Of a stretch of DNA of 64,000 nt, positions 33,871-45,523 are shown piece after piece (position 1 is the first letter of the stretch; each line of letters starts with the position of its first letter). The stretch comes from Histomonas meleagridis 2922-C6/04-290x (Eukaryota; Protista; Parabasalia). Location of the stretch: assembly GCA_020184695.1 (NCBI GenBank), contig JAANOX010000111.1:62001-126000 (forward strand). Reading direction: 5' to 3'. The position numbers were made by a program, and so were the translations under genes. The notes below the pieces were generated by a model. It was not told the DNA's origin. It saw nothing but the letters and a program-made list of their open reading frames with translations, and ran no database searches.

Positions 33871-33944
33871 AGCCACCGGCGGGACTCGAACCCGCAACCC
33901 CAAGATTAAGAGTCTTATGCTCTAGCCGATTGAGCTACGATGGC
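33871..33944 (-). tRNA. tRNA-Lys(CTT)
   Basis: GCCATCGTAGCTCAATCGGCTAGAGCATAAGACTCTTAATCTTGGGGTTGCGGGTTCGAGTCCCGCCGGTGGCT: 7-bp acceptor stem, anticodon loop CTCTTAA, GTTCGAG T-arm, followed by a T-run terminator. Confidence 0.96.
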
Positions 33945-34539
33945 AACATGATGAAATATGATTTATAATAAATTTGATGCAATAATTGTAAGTTAGTCAT
34001 TTTAGATATGTTTATATTGGTAACAATAATTGAAAGTGTCTTATTTTCATTATGTACTTCTTAAATAAATATTACAATTCCAAGTAGTGTTTGTTGTATA
34101 CAACAACATAAAACTTATAATGCTAACATAATGAAATAATTATCCAAATAAACCTAAGACTTTTATTTCTTTATTAAATATATTACGAAAAATTAATAAT
34201 GAATTAAAAAAAATTTTGAAACTATGGTATAACTCAGAACAATCATCACCACTGCATTCAGTTGTTTATGTTTGGGAAGGGTTTGTTTGAGCAGTTTTAA
34301 TCACTTTTTGATATGAACGAGATTTTGGACTTCAATTTTGATTTTTTCATTTAATACCAAGTATTAAATTTAATTATACATAAATTTATACCAAATGATT
34401 TATTATATTTATAACTACCCAAGCAATACACCAATAAATTTTCGATTATGAAAATATTTTGATTTTGATTTTTCAGAGCATTGAAAATTTGAGTGATTAA
34501 TCACTTAAATAAGATTTTATTTAAATATTCTATATTCAT

Positions 34540-34547
34540 GACGGTTA
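34540..34547 (+). promoter_or_regulatory. M3-like core promoter motif
   Basis: GACGGTTA fits the trichomonad DRCSGYTD M3 consensus, ~37 nt upstream of the Myb ATG, with TCACATCAC between. AACGGTTT similarly precedes DDI1 on the minus strand (39782-39789). Confidence 0.45.
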
Positions 34548-34583
34548 AATGATTAAAATTCACATCACAAAAATATTTGCGTG

Positions 34584-35165
34584 ATGGAAAGAGATCCTAA
34601 CCAAACTGAAAGTTGTGCCAACAATGTGCCACAACCAACGGGAACAATAGTCATGAGAAATAATTGGACACCTAATGAAACTAAGCGCTTAAAAGATGCA
34701 GTTCAAATCTTCGGAACAATCTGGGATAAGGTAGCACAATACGTCGGAAGTCGAACTCCAAAGCAATGTTATGAACATTGGGAACAAGTTTGTAAACCAG
34801 GCATAAATAATGGAGAATGGACGCCAGAAGAAGACAGAATTCTTTTTGAAATGTTTTTATATTATCCAAGACAATGGAAAAAAATTGCAACATTTCTTCC
34901 TGGCCGCACAAATCAAGCAGTTAGGAACAGGTACGATAAATCTACTTCATCTGCAAATCGAAGAATCAAGAATGCTATGGACCAAAATCATCCAAATACA
35001 GCTCCTGATATGCCAATATTTGTCATGCAGCCAACAATAAGACCCATAAATTTAACGTTTGATCATAATCAACCACAACTCAGTTATTTTGATGAAAATT
35101 TCCAAGAAAATGAAGAAGAATACAATTATAATCTTTTCGATCACAATAATGACGAAGATTGGTAA
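34584..35165 (+). CDS. R2R3 Myb-like DNA-binding protein
   Basis: Two Myb repeats: WTPNETKRL...WDKVAQYVGSRTPKQCYEHW and WTPEEDRIL...WKKIATFLPGRTNQAVRNRY. Confidence 0.93.
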   Translation: MERDPNQTESCANNVPQPTGTIVMRNNWTPNETKRLKDAVQIFGTIWDKVAQYVGSRTPKQCYEHWEQVCKPGINNGEWTPEEDRILFEMFLYYPRQWKKIATFLPGRTNQAVRNRYDKSTSSANRRIKNAMDQNHPNTAPDMPIFVMQPTIRPINLTFDHNQPQLSYFDENFQENEEEYNYNLFDHNNDEDW

Positions 35166-35257
35166 TAATTTTGATATTATTGGTTCAAATGCCTAATAAT
35201 TCAAACATTGGTCTATCTAAGTAAATCAAGACTTTTTATTTGGTATTTTCAGATTTC

Positions 35258-35522
35258 ATCAAACTTCAAATCTTACAATATTTTTTCAACGATAATTTCA
35301 TGTTAATAATGACATCGGTAGTAAATTACAAAAATGCTCTCGTCATCTAATTTTGATTGTTCAATTATTCCAAATTCGATACGATTTCGACCATATTTTT
35401 TCGGGGATTTTGAATGTTTTCCTATATAGCGATATTGTATGTTACATATGTTCATTATCTTGTATCTTTTTTATTAAAATTTTCGATAAAAAGTGGGATT
35501 ACATCATGAAAAAACGACTTTT
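35258..35522 (+). repeat. Dispersed TE-end-like repeat, copy 2
   Basis: Diverged direct copy of 12420-12695, at the start of a ~1.8-kb ORF-free AT-rich block. Confidence 0.6.
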
Positions 35523-37179
35523 CCAATAATTCATTGTTTGAAAAAGTTATAAAAATGCCACAATAAAAACAATGTATACATTTGAAATTTCAGTGCACTA
35601 TAAAAAGTTGCATTTGAATAATTTTATTTGTTCAAACGTTCTAAGACTCAGAATTATTTCAAATAGTTTGTTCATTATTTTGATGATATTATGATCGTGT
35701 TTGTTAATTTGTGATCTGTTTTTATCTGAGCCAAAGTTTGATCAGATATCGATAGCATTGCTTCTTAGAATATATATATTTTGAGTTGATATCTTTATCT
35801 ACATTATCTGGATTTAATATATAAAAACAAATGATCGATTCATAATATTTTGATTTGAGGATATCGATATAAATCGTCGTGAGACATCTGTCGATATTGA
35901 TTCTTTTTTATTTTTTTTATTATGAATATAGAGTAATTCTTGAATTTATTTGTTCGATAATATTAGAAAATAAGGTGAAGTTCACTATAGAACAACATAA
36001 ATTCATATATTTTCATTATGTTTTAATAATGAATTAATGAAGATTAGCAATTTTAAACTCTTTTCTCACAATGCATCTTTAATGTAAGCCTTTAAGGGTT
36101 GCGACCAAGTACGATCAAAATCAACTTTTTCAATACTTTCGAAAAAACATGTTTTTGTATATCATATATCTCCATGTATATAATAAATTTTAAAATATCT
36201 TGTTGACCCAGAAAATAATATCACATGGACTTTAAGTTTATTATGTTGTTTCCGAAAAAAGGAAGAAAAAATAAATTAATACGAAATTAATCAATATAAT
36301 ATATAAATCAAATTATTGTAATTTTTTGATACAAGCATAATATGGTATTATGTTTTATAGTGCTAGAAATCAAATAAATTAAAACAAAATCAAGAAATTC
36401 ACAAAACGAAATGAAAAAAATTAAGTAAGTTTGTTCAAAGTCAAAATATCCCGATGATATTGAATGGTTTATAATATCATATTAAAAGATTCTGACAAAA
36501 TAAACACAAAAAAGTTGATAATTTTCGACTGAAAAAATCAATATTTTAAATATTGAAACATAAGAGAAAAAAAATGAATCTTATTAACCACTAAGGAAAA
36601 ATTATAAAATATGAAACAATTTCCACATTAATTCATATATGATATTTAAACGTGATGACATTGATTTTCAAAGATATTTAATGTTGGTTAAATTTCATTG
36701 GATATTTTGAAGTATCAATAATATTTATTCAGTTTTTTCTGATTTTTTGATTATTTCGATACACATAAAAAAATGTATTTATATTTTAAAATTTTTATAT
36801 TCATATTTATATATTAATTTGATACAATGTTCATTAGTTTTATATCTATATTATATAAAACTATTTATAGATGAATTTTTTTTATTAGACGATTTTAGTG
36901 ATTATTGTGTGAAATTAATAAAATATCCACTCTTTTTTGCGCTGTATAATATAATGAAGAATTTCATATATACCATATAATAGTTCTTTATATGAGGATA
37001 TGGGGAAATTTTTTCAATTTTTTTAAAGCACTATGTGTAATGAGATATACTCGATATAAAAAATTACCGCGCAATAAACTTCAGAAAATTGAGAACCCCT
37101 TAACGTACAGGAATTTTACGAATTTATAATAATTGTGTCGATCTGTTTAACGGTCATCTGGGCGCCCTTAAGAAGTAAA

Positions 37180-38196
37180 ATGGAATCTTCTTCTGAAGAC
37201 AGAAGTGATCTGGATTCAAGTGGTGTCTTAATTCATGAATCTGAATTTTATAAAGATGCCCTTGTTAAGCTAGGTCCAAAATGGACTGATCTCATTCATT
37301 TTTACCCAGAATTTGGAACACCAGATCAATATACAATCAGAAAAAAAGTTGGAAGAGGAAGATTCTCAACAGTATATCTTGCTCACAATGAAAAAGGAGA
37401 AAAAGTTGCCATTAAAGCACTTGTTCCAATTGACATTCGCAAATACATTAAAGAAATCAAAATCTTAAAAAACCTTTATGGTCATCCCAACATTGTCCGC
37501 CTTCTCGATCTAGTTCAAGATCCATGCACAAAGAGTTTTTCCTTTATCTTTGAATGGGTTGAAATTCAAAAATGGCGAGAAACCTATTATTTGTTTACTT
37601 TAGATGACATCCGCTATTACATGCGTCAACTCCTTGAAGGTTTAGAGTATGCGCATAGCCATGGAATTATTCATCGTGACATTAAGCCAGCCAATATTGG
37701 AATTGATCTTAAGCGCCGAACTCTCAAAATACTTGATTGGGGTCTTGCAGAGTTTTATGTTCCAGGCAAACGTATTAATCCTCATGCTGGAACTCGTGCA
37801 TATTTATCACCGGAGCAAATGATCGGATATCCATATCTTGATTATGCCGTTGACATATGGGCTGCAGGTTTAGTCTTTTCTATTATGCTTTTTAATCGTA
37901 TAATTATTGAGCCGAAGAAGAATGCGTATGAGCAGCTGATTAACATGGGCTGTTTTATTGGCGGGAAAAAAGTTGTGAGTTTAGTTGCGGACTTTGAGTT
38001 GCCAATCGATAAGAGGCTGTATAAGGCGCTGCTTAAAGTTGAGGGATGCGGCCTCCAAAGATATATAGACACGGCCGATCAGGAGAAATGCACGCCAGAG
38101 GCAATAGACTTGGTGTCGAAGATGCTGAAGGCAGACTTCAGATTTAGAATATCAGCTTCTGACGCATTGAAGCATCCGTTCTTTAATAAGAAATGA
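37180..38196 (+). CDS. Casein kinase 2 alpha-like protein kinase (divergent)
   Basis: VGRGRFSTVY, VAIK, HRDIKPAN, the CK2-diagnostic ILDWGLAEFY, and DYAVDIWAAG. First ATG at 37180. Confidence 0.88.
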   Translation: MESSSEDRSDLDSSGVLIHESEFYKDALVKLGPKWTDLIHFYPEFGTPDQYTIRKKVGRGRFSTVYLAHNEKGEKVAIKALVPIDIRKYIKEIKILKNLYGHPNIVRLLDLVQDPCTKSFSFIFEWVEIQKWRETYYLFTLDDIRYYMRQLLEGLEYAHSHGIIHRDIKPANIGIDLKRRTLKILDWGLAEFYVPGKRINPHAGTRAYLSPEQMIGYPYLDYAVDIWAAGLVFSIMLFNRIIIEPKKNAYEQLINMGCFIGGKKVVSLVADFELPIDKRLYKALLKVEGCGLQRYIDTADQEKCTPEAIDLVSKMLKADFRFRISASDALKHPFFNKK

Positions 38197-39037
38197 TAAA
38201 TGTTTGATATGAAGAAATGTAAAAATTAAATAAAAATTGAGATTAAGATCACTTTAATAAAGTAATTTAAATGGTTTGAACCATATAAATTGATATCGTC
38301 ATTAAAATGTTTTATTTATACATAAGCTTTTGTCAAATAATTTATTGTATCCATAATAAATGAAGTAATACATCATTTAAGTTGTAGAAATGAAAATTTG
38401 AATTTGGGATTGTTAAATTTTTAAAGTTTACATCACAAAAAACATAAACAGAAAGAGAAATTGAAAATATTAGCTTAAATGAAGCAGTTAAAATTTAAGG
38501 AAGACAATGGAAGCAAAGTGTTACAATACTCACTTCCTCTCCAAATGATGTGAAAAGTTAAAACAAAAATTTTCTCACTTGTTGAATATATATTGTTAAC
38601 AATAAGCCAAAACAAAATAATGACTTACTTCTAAATTATGTTCAAATAATAACAGAGTTAGAATTAATCAATAACATGTGTCTCATGTGGTTGAGATAGT
38701 AAAGAAAGCAAATGGTGGATAATGTTTAATTGGATTTTAGCCTTTTCCAGGAAAAGGATATGTACACCAGAAGTTTCTACAAAACTTATTAAAAGATGAA
38801 TTGAAGAAACACTAAATTCAAAAAAATATATTTTAATTTGATTAATTTAATTTAATACTACTGATTCTTTAGTAATTAAACTCAAGCTCAAAAACATTAA
38901 AGAAAAGAATAAATTTTCTTTCCCTTTTTGCCATCAAAGCGATTAAAAATTATATCTTTAAAGTTTATTAAGTTAATAATCCAAAAACAAATTTTTTCCG
39001 TTTTAATTTTATTTCGTAAATATGCAAAACATCAAAA

Positions 39038-39766
39038 TCAGCCATGATTCAAGAATGGAATTCTCTTCTCGCCCATAACCAAACAGTGGTTCTTTAAATC
39101 GATTACCGCCTGGTTCTTTGTCATCCAGTCCACTCCGAGGATGCAGTGATCGAGCGGACCTTCCATTACGGTGAACGGATTTGTCCATACCCAGTCATCT
39201 ACCTGTACCTGAAGAGAGTGGATTCGACCTATTGTTGTTTGAGCACCAACTCCAATGCAAACGGATTGGAAACGGCGATCAATAAGATAATCAACATGAC
39301 ATTGTTGTGCAATGGTAAGAGGGAGAATAGAAACTTGTGCGCCAGTATCAATAAGGGCTCTAACAGGTTCATTGTTAATTTTACATGAAATGAATAATAA
39401 TGAATATGATACAAAATGTTCTGGATTGTTTTGAATTGCATATTCATAATTGTCATGAATACGTTGTTGTTGAATTTGCTGCATAATACGCCGTTGTTCA
39501 TCAGCATTAAACATTGATTCAAGAAATTGATCACTTGAATCAGGATTTTCAAGTGTTGCAGTAAAGTATAATATTTTTCCTAAATTGAGACTCGAAATTT
39601 GTGTTTCTGGTGGGATTATTTTGTCGTCAACAGTAATGGTGATTTTCTCCGGTGGATGATTTGTAACAGACGAAACCATGGCAATTAATAGTGAGATTGT
39701 GGCATCTTCTTCAATTTCTATTTCAAGTGGTTCTTCTTGTCCTTGAACTTTTACAAATAAAATCAT
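39038..39766 (-). CDS. DDI1: DDI1-like protein (UBL plus retroviral-type aspartyl protease)
   Basis: N-terminal UBL; PEHFVSYSLLFISCKIN, ALIDTGAQVSI, CHVDYLIDRRF, ILGVDWM. Confidence 0.9.
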   Translation of the reverse strand: MILFVKVQGQEEPLEIEIEEDATISLLIAMVSSVTNHPPEKITITVDDKIIPPETQISSLNLGKILYFTATLENPDSSDQFLESMFNADEQRRIMQQIQQQRIHDNYEYAIQNNPEHFVSYSLLFISCKINNEPVRALIDTGAQVSILPLTIAQQCHVDYLIDRRFQSVCIGVGAQTTIGRIHSLQVQVDDWVWTNPFTVMEGPLDHCILGVDWMTKNQAVIDLKNHCLVMGEKRIPFLNHG

Positions 39767-40485
39767 TTATAAAAATAGCAAAAACCGTTCGGCCAACTAT
39801 ACGTGTGTAACGTATTGAAAAAACATTTTTTTAATGTTTTACATGTACGATACAACTTTTTGATAATAGAATTTGAACCAAAATTTTGAAATTGAATTAC
39901 ACTTTTTTGTATCACTTCCCAAAAAAGTTAACTTAAATCAAAACAATGGGAAACACTCTTGCCACACAAAATTAAATATAGATAAAGAGAATGTTTCCAT
40001 AAAGTAAATGTAATAGTTGACAAATTTGATAAAATTAAAATAATGTCAATTAATAATATTGTAATTCAACTGTTATATTTTTGTTTATGATGCAAATAAA
40101 AGAAAATGTTTTTAGTTTTTTTTTAAAGAAATTGAAATGTTTGATAAAAACAAAAAAATTAAGAAGAATCAACAAAAGCAAGAACAAAGAATTCATTTTT
40201 TACACATTTCTTTTCATATTATGAAATTCAAGAAAAGCAATGATTTTTATGATAGCACCATTAAAAATTGTCATGAGACAAAAAATGAATCGGAAAATCA
40301 ACTACTAAGAGGCACAATTAATAACAAAAGAAAAAGCCATTCAATATTTCATCAACTTGAAGTAAATATACCAAATTTTTACTATAACATCAAAAAAAAG
40401 CAATATTGGTATAAACACAATCTCATTAATAACCAACTTAAAAGATTACAATATAATAAAACATTTATTTTATTTATATCACATT

Positions 40486-42015
40486 TCAAAATATTTCATC
40501 AGTTTCATCTTCATTTTCATCACTCATAATCTCGTTTAACAAATAAGAAGCTTTCCTCATTATTTCACCATTAGTATTTGCACATATTTCGTGAAGGCTA
40601 TTAATCAATTCATCTTTCTTTAATTTCTCAACAAACTCATCTCCAAGTGATTGCGAAAGCTCAATAAAAAGGCACAAAATCGGCTCAAGAAGTTCTGTGG
40701 AACCAGTTTCGCCATTTTCCAAAAAATCAAAAAATGTTAAAATTAATTCATCAGAAATCAATTGCAACTTATTCGAACAGTAGTCCAAAATGTTAATCAA
40801 AAACCAACAAGACTCATTTTTAACGTTAAATGTCGAATCATTAACTAAGTTGATAAGAGAGTCAACAAATCTTGCATCAGAACATTCTAAAATTACGTTT
40901 TCAAATGTAGATGATGCATTTACTAAAAAACGAGATGTTGCAAATTGAACATCAGGCGGTGAATTAAACAAAATATGATAACTTGAATGAAATACATCAC
41001 ACTTCATCATAAAGTTTTGATATTGTGACCCTGTATAATATGTAATATGTGTCAAAATCGTCATGATTTGAATAATAATTTCTTGATTTTGAATGTGAAT
41101 CCACTTTTTGATAAAGTCACTGAAATATTTGAACGAGACAATTGAATGGACATTTTCTTCACAAAAAATGGATAATTCTGATATAACCGTAATCGCATAT
41201 TCGGCGGTTTTTATGTCGTTTGATTCCAAAAAAAATGGTAAAATGTGATAGAGAGCTTTGTTAGAACGGAATTGATTCCCATACTTTAAGAAATGTGAAA
41301 CTGTTAGAAGTACTTTTGGCGAAAATCCAACTATTTTACATGATTGAATCACTTCCGATCTTTGAGGAAGATCTCCTCCTTTTTGAATATAACCAAAAGC
41401 AGAATAAACAGGATCATATCGAACAAATTTTAATATCGTATGTGCTATGTACTTGAAATTAATATCAGGAGAAGGAGGAAATCGAAGCAAATTTAAAATA
41501 GTTCCATAAAAATTAGAAGCAAACAAAAAAACGCGTTGTTGAAATCCAGAATATATGATACGCCTAATGAACTTCATTGATACGTGAATCATTTTAGGGT
41601 CAGGGGATTGGAGATTGCGCAACAAAATAGGAATTATTCCTTTTGAAATTGTTAATATGGTAACATTTGCAACTGAAGTAGCAATTTTATATAGGTTGTA
41701 AAAGAGAAATGAATCGTTTGATTGATCTAAAATTAATAAAATTTGATCATATAAATCTGATTGAATAATGGCATAAAAAATTTGCGGATTGCATCGATTA
41801 AAAACATCTTGTAATACCATACATAGTTTTTGTCTATTCTCTAAGTTTTCTTGGATTGCTTGATAAATATCTTCGTTCAATTGAAAATTTTCGTTAATTT
41901 GGATATTAGCTTTCATTTGATTTATACCTAACTCTGCGTCGTCATGTTTTACTTCCTTTTGAAATCTGTTTTTCCGAAGTTCTGCAAGCCTTCCGGCTTT
42001 GAACTGCAACTTCAT
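40486..42015 (-). CDS. Importin-alpha-like armadillo-repeat protein (divergent)
   Basis: IBB-like N-terminus RLAELRKNR, helical ARM-like repeats (e.g. VKNESCWFLINI) and an acidic C-tail. Confidence 0.6.
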   Translation of the reverse strand: MKLQFKAGRLAELRKNRFQKEVKHDDAELGINQMKANIQINENFQLNEDIYQAIQENLENRQKLCMVLQDVFNRCNPQIFYAIIQSDLYDQILLILDQSNDSFLFYNLYKIATSVANVTILTISKGIIPILLRNLQSPDPKMIHVSMKFIRRIIYSGFQQRVFLFASNFYGTILNLLRFPPSPDINFKYIAHTILKFVRYDPVYSAFGYIQKGGDLPQRSEVIQSCKIVGFSPKVLLTVSHFLKYGNQFRSNKALYHILPFFLESNDIKTAEYAITVISELSIFCEENVHSIVSFKYFSDFIKKWIHIQNQEIIIQIMTILTHITYYTGSQYQNFMMKCDVFHSSYHILFNSPPDVQFATSRFLVNASSTFENVILECSDARFVDSLINLVNDSTFNVKNESCWFLINILDYCSNKLQLISDELILTFFDFLENGETGSTELLEPILCLFIELSQSLGDEFVEKLKKDELINSLHEICANTNGEIMRKASYLLNEIMSDENEDETDEIF

Positions 42016-42263
42016 GCTCAGACAAATAGAACGTTAAGCAGCAATTTTTTGTAAATAAGTAATATTGCAAAAGCACAATTCAATAACATTTGCTGACTGC
42101 TCCTTAAGTCTATTCGTTTCATTTGAATTTTACTAAGATTTAATATGAAATGCAATATAACAAATTCTTTATTTAAATTAAATCGATTCTATTTGCATAT
42201 AAAGATGATTGGAAATAGAAAAATTATAAAATAAAAAAAGTAAAATTAATGCTATCAAATTGT

Positions 42264-43394
42264 TTAGAAGCACTTGCGGTGGACAATTCCTGGACCAGCT
42301 TCGTTGTATTCGTCACGTGTGATAACCATTTGTGGGAATGTTGCAAGGGAGGCAAGGATGGAACCACCGATCCAAACTGCGTACTTACGTTCTGGTGGAG
42401 CGACGACTTTGATCTTCATTGTTGGTGGTGCGAGGCGAACCATTTCCTTCTCCATACGTTCTGGGAGACCTTCGAACATTGTGGTACCACCGGAAAGAAC
42501 AATGTTAGCGTAGAGATCCTTACGGACATCGATATCGCATGCCATGATGGAGTTGAAGAGGGTTTGGTCAATACCTTCGAATTCGAAGCCATTGAAGTGT
42601 GGCTTGAAAAGAAGTTCTGGGCACCTGAAGCGCTCGTTGGCGATGGTGATGACGTTGCCATCTGGAAGTGTGTATGAGATGTCGCATTCGGATGTTGTGA
42701 CGGCCTTGTTCATTTCTTCATCGAAATCAAGAGCAACATATGCGTGCTTCTCCTTAATATCACGAACAATTTCCTTTTCGGCGGATGTTGTGAAGGTGTA
42801 ACCACGTTCGTTGAGGATCTTTTGGAGGTAGGCTGTGAGATCACGACCAGCAAGGTTGATACGCATGATGGCGTGTGGAAGGGAGTAACCTTCGTAGATT
42901 GGAACTGTGTGGGAAACACCATCACCTGCATCGAAAACAATACCGGTTGTACGACCTGAGGAGTAAAGGGAAAGAACGGCTTGGATACCAACATAGAATG
43001 CTGGAACGTTGAATGTTTCGAATTGGAGTTGGATCATCTTTTCACGGTTGGCCTTTGGGTTCATTGGGGCTTCTGTAAGAAGAACTGGATGTTCAGCTGG
43101 ATCAACACGTAATTCGTTGTAGAATGTGTGGTGCCAGATCTTTTCCATATCGTCCCAGTTGGTAACGATACCGTGTTCAATTGGGTACTTAAGGATGAGG
43201 ATACCTGCCTTAGCGCATGCTTCATCACCAACATATGTATCCTTGTTTTGACCACCAGCAATTGTTTGGACATACTTTGGACGACCAACAATTGATGGGA
43301 AAACTGAGCGTGGTGCTTCATCACCAGCGAAACCAGCCTTGCACATACCAGAACCATTATCGATAACTAATGTTTGGACTTCGTCTTCAGCCAT
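42264..43394 (-). CDS. ACT: Actin
   Basis: [67 protein letters not shown]; strongly biased high-expression codon usage. Confidence 0.99.
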   Translation of the reverse strand: MAEDEVQTLVIDNGSGMCKAGFAGDEAPRSVFPSIVGRPKYVQTIAGGQNKDTYVGDEACAKAGILILKYPIEHGIVTNWDDMEKIWHHTFYNELRVDPAEHPVLLTEAPMNPKANREKMIQLQFETFNVPAFYVGIQAVLSLYSSGRTTGIVFDAGDGVSHTVPIYEGYSLPHAIMRINLAGRDLTAYLQKILNERGYTFTTSAEKEIVRDIKEKHAYVALDFDEEMNKAVTTSECDISYTLPDGNVITIANERFRCPELLFKPHFNGFEFEGIDQTLFNSIMACDIDVRKDLYANIVLSGGTTMFEGLPERMEKEMVRLAPPTMKIKVVAPPERKYAVWIGGSILASLATFPQMVITRDEYNEAGPGIVHRKCF

Positions 43395-43402
43395 TAGATG
43401 AA

Positions 43403-43412
43403 AGTGAAGTGA
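43403..43412 (-). promoter_or_regulatory. Tandem Inr-like elements upstream of actin
   Basis: The minus strand reads TCACTTCACT(TTCATCTA)ATG. Confidence 0.65.
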
Positions 43413-43958
43413 ACTCGTTTACATTTGATATTTGTCTATATTTTAGCGGACAATGTGATGTGAACTATTGGGGTACCTGACATTATCAAATAAACCATTC
43501 ATTTTTGAAATAAATTTCGATAAGAAAATTTTTTCAATGGGAAATATGAAGATTGTCAAAAATTGAAAGCAATAAATTTATGGGTTGTTAATATGTCAGT
43601 AATGCATAATGTTATTTAATTTAATTTGAAGGAATTAATTAAAAATGTATTTTTTATAACTGTAATCTTTAAAAATTTAATTAGATCTAAAATCACAATT
43701 ATTAAAATATTTAAAGTTTTTCTCATTTAACAATCTTAACAATTTTTTTATATGTTGGTGATATTTCTATGATGTTTTTGATTAAGTCTTTTTCATCTCG
43801 AAGGCTTTGTGCTTGTTCTTTTCCAGACAATTGGCAAAGGGAGATTTTGTTGCAACTGAAATTGGTTCAAAAAGTGAATACTTTACTATCAAATTTTAGG
43901 TGGCCTGACTTCGTTTGACATGTTTTGTTTGGTTTACAACCCTCAAAGAAAATTAAAG

Positions 43959-45272
43959 ATGTTGAGTTTCCTCCTCGTATTGGCCAACTCCTACCAAAAT
44001 TGCACTCATTTCTACGAGGTAAAAAAATCAGCTCAAATATTTACAACAACACTTAAGAGAAATGAAAGAATTTGTCTTAATATTACAAGATCGAGAACAG
44101 CAATTCTCTTAAATACATTCGCTTATACTACAATGGAAACATTTACCAAATGTAATCAGTCGTATTGCCTTCAAGGAACCTTTTCAGTCGAAGATAATAT
44201 TGGAGGCTTTTGGTTTGGCGATGAAGAAGGTATTTTTACTATACAAAGCAACCAAGAAGGATCTAATTTTGTTTCTTTTGGTGCTGCTGTTTTCCCATTT
44301 AACTGTGATGACATTTTATTATCCAATTCACTTCAAGATTCTTTATATATAACAGCTGAAAGTCAAAAAACATATTGTTATTTCAACAGCGCTCTTGGAG
44401 ATAACAGATATGAATTCAATTTCAGCTTTGATCCCATTAATCCAATTCTTGTATTATATGGTGAATCAAAACCTGAACATATTTTTGCATCAACTCAACT
44501 CATCATACGTGAAAACAACAGTGCATTCATTATGCGTAAACTTTCGAATTTTTCAGAGATCCATGCATCTGATTTTGGATTAAAATTCAGTTCAGATCAT
44601 AATTACAACAGTGTTTTCTTCAAAGACCTCATTCACTCCAAAGGTTTCCGTGTTATCTATGGTTACCAACCATCTCCAGAAGAATCAAATACCAAAAAAT
44701 ATATTCTCATCGCATTATCAGTTTTTGTTCCGGTCTCAGTTATTACAGTCCTAACTATTTTTTATTTCAAAAAGAATCGAAAAGTTCGGAACGAAATTTC
44801 ATGGCCAGCAGATAAAGAAGATAATATGGATGAAGATAACAAAGTTGACTTAGACCCAGAAAATCCAAAAACGTACGCTGAAGTACCAACTGTTACACCT
44901 ATTGGTGAAGGATTTCCTGAAAGTTCTTCTTGTCCATATCGAAAGAAAATTATTGATGTTGAATCTCCGACAGAATATCCTTCTGTGGGTATAACATTTG
45001 AAGACTCAGGTCCACAGATTCCGCATATGCCTGAAAACTGTTCTTCAAGTTTTCCAGATCCGGAAAATATACCAACAGTAAGTATCAAATACGAAACTTC
45101 GAGTGAAAAAGCATTCGAATCAGAGTCTAAAAGCGTTTCAGATTCCACATTCCCAGATTCAGAAGAATTCCCTACAGTGAAAATGTTATATGAAGATTCA
45201 AGTAGTCGGTTTGAATCAGTTTCTATATCAAAGAGTAATTCTGAGCCAAGTTTATCAAGTTCGGTTGATTGA
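43959..45272 (+). CDS. Type I single-pass membrane protein, unknown function
   Basis: Signal-like MLSFLLVLANS from ATG 43959, Cys-containing ectodomain with sequons, TM YILIALSVFVPVSVITVLTIFYF followed by KKNRK, and an acidic Ser/Pro-rich tail. Confidence 0.75.
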   Translation: MLSFLLVLANSYQNCTHFYEVKKSAQIFTTTLKRNERICLNITRSRTAILLNTFAYTTMETFTKCNQSYCLQGTFSVEDNIGGFWFGDEEGIFTIQSNQEGSNFVSFGAAVFPFNCDDILLSNSLQDSLYITAESQKTYCYFNSALGDNRYEFNFSFDPINPILVLYGESKPEHIFASTQLIIRENNSAFIMRKLSNFSEIHASDFGLKFSSDHNYNSVFFKDLIHSKGFRVIYGYQPSPEESNTKKYILIALSVFVPVSVITVLTIFYFKKNRKVRNEISWPADKEDNMDEDNKVDLDPENPKTYAEVPTVTPIGEGFPESSSCPYRKKIIDVESPTEYPSVGITFEDSGPQIPHMPENCSSSFPDPENIPTVSIKYETSSEKAFESESKSVSDSTFPDSEEFPTVKMLYEDSSSRFESVSISKSNSEPSLSSSVD

Positions 45273-45523
45273 TTTCCTCGAAACCCTTCCAGTTCAGCCG
45301 CTAAAGATCATATTTAGATTAATCTTTTTTGGTGAACTTGGATCAAATTGTTTGTAATTCAATAAAAAAGACATTCCTAAAGTTTTTAATCTTGTAAATA
45401 GTTGGAAAGAAGATTTTTTACGTGTAATTTTTAGATCGAAGTTTTTGAGTAAAACATTCAAAAAGTTTTGGGGACAAACGATTGTTTGAAAAAGTAAAAA
45501 TAACCGCACTAGACATTTGAGCG

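Noticed and set aside
42249-43357. Many overlapping ORFs on both strands over actin (also over PFK, the sirtuin and 214-810)
   Set aside because: These are shadow ORFs caused by biased codon usage of real genes and have no recognisable products.
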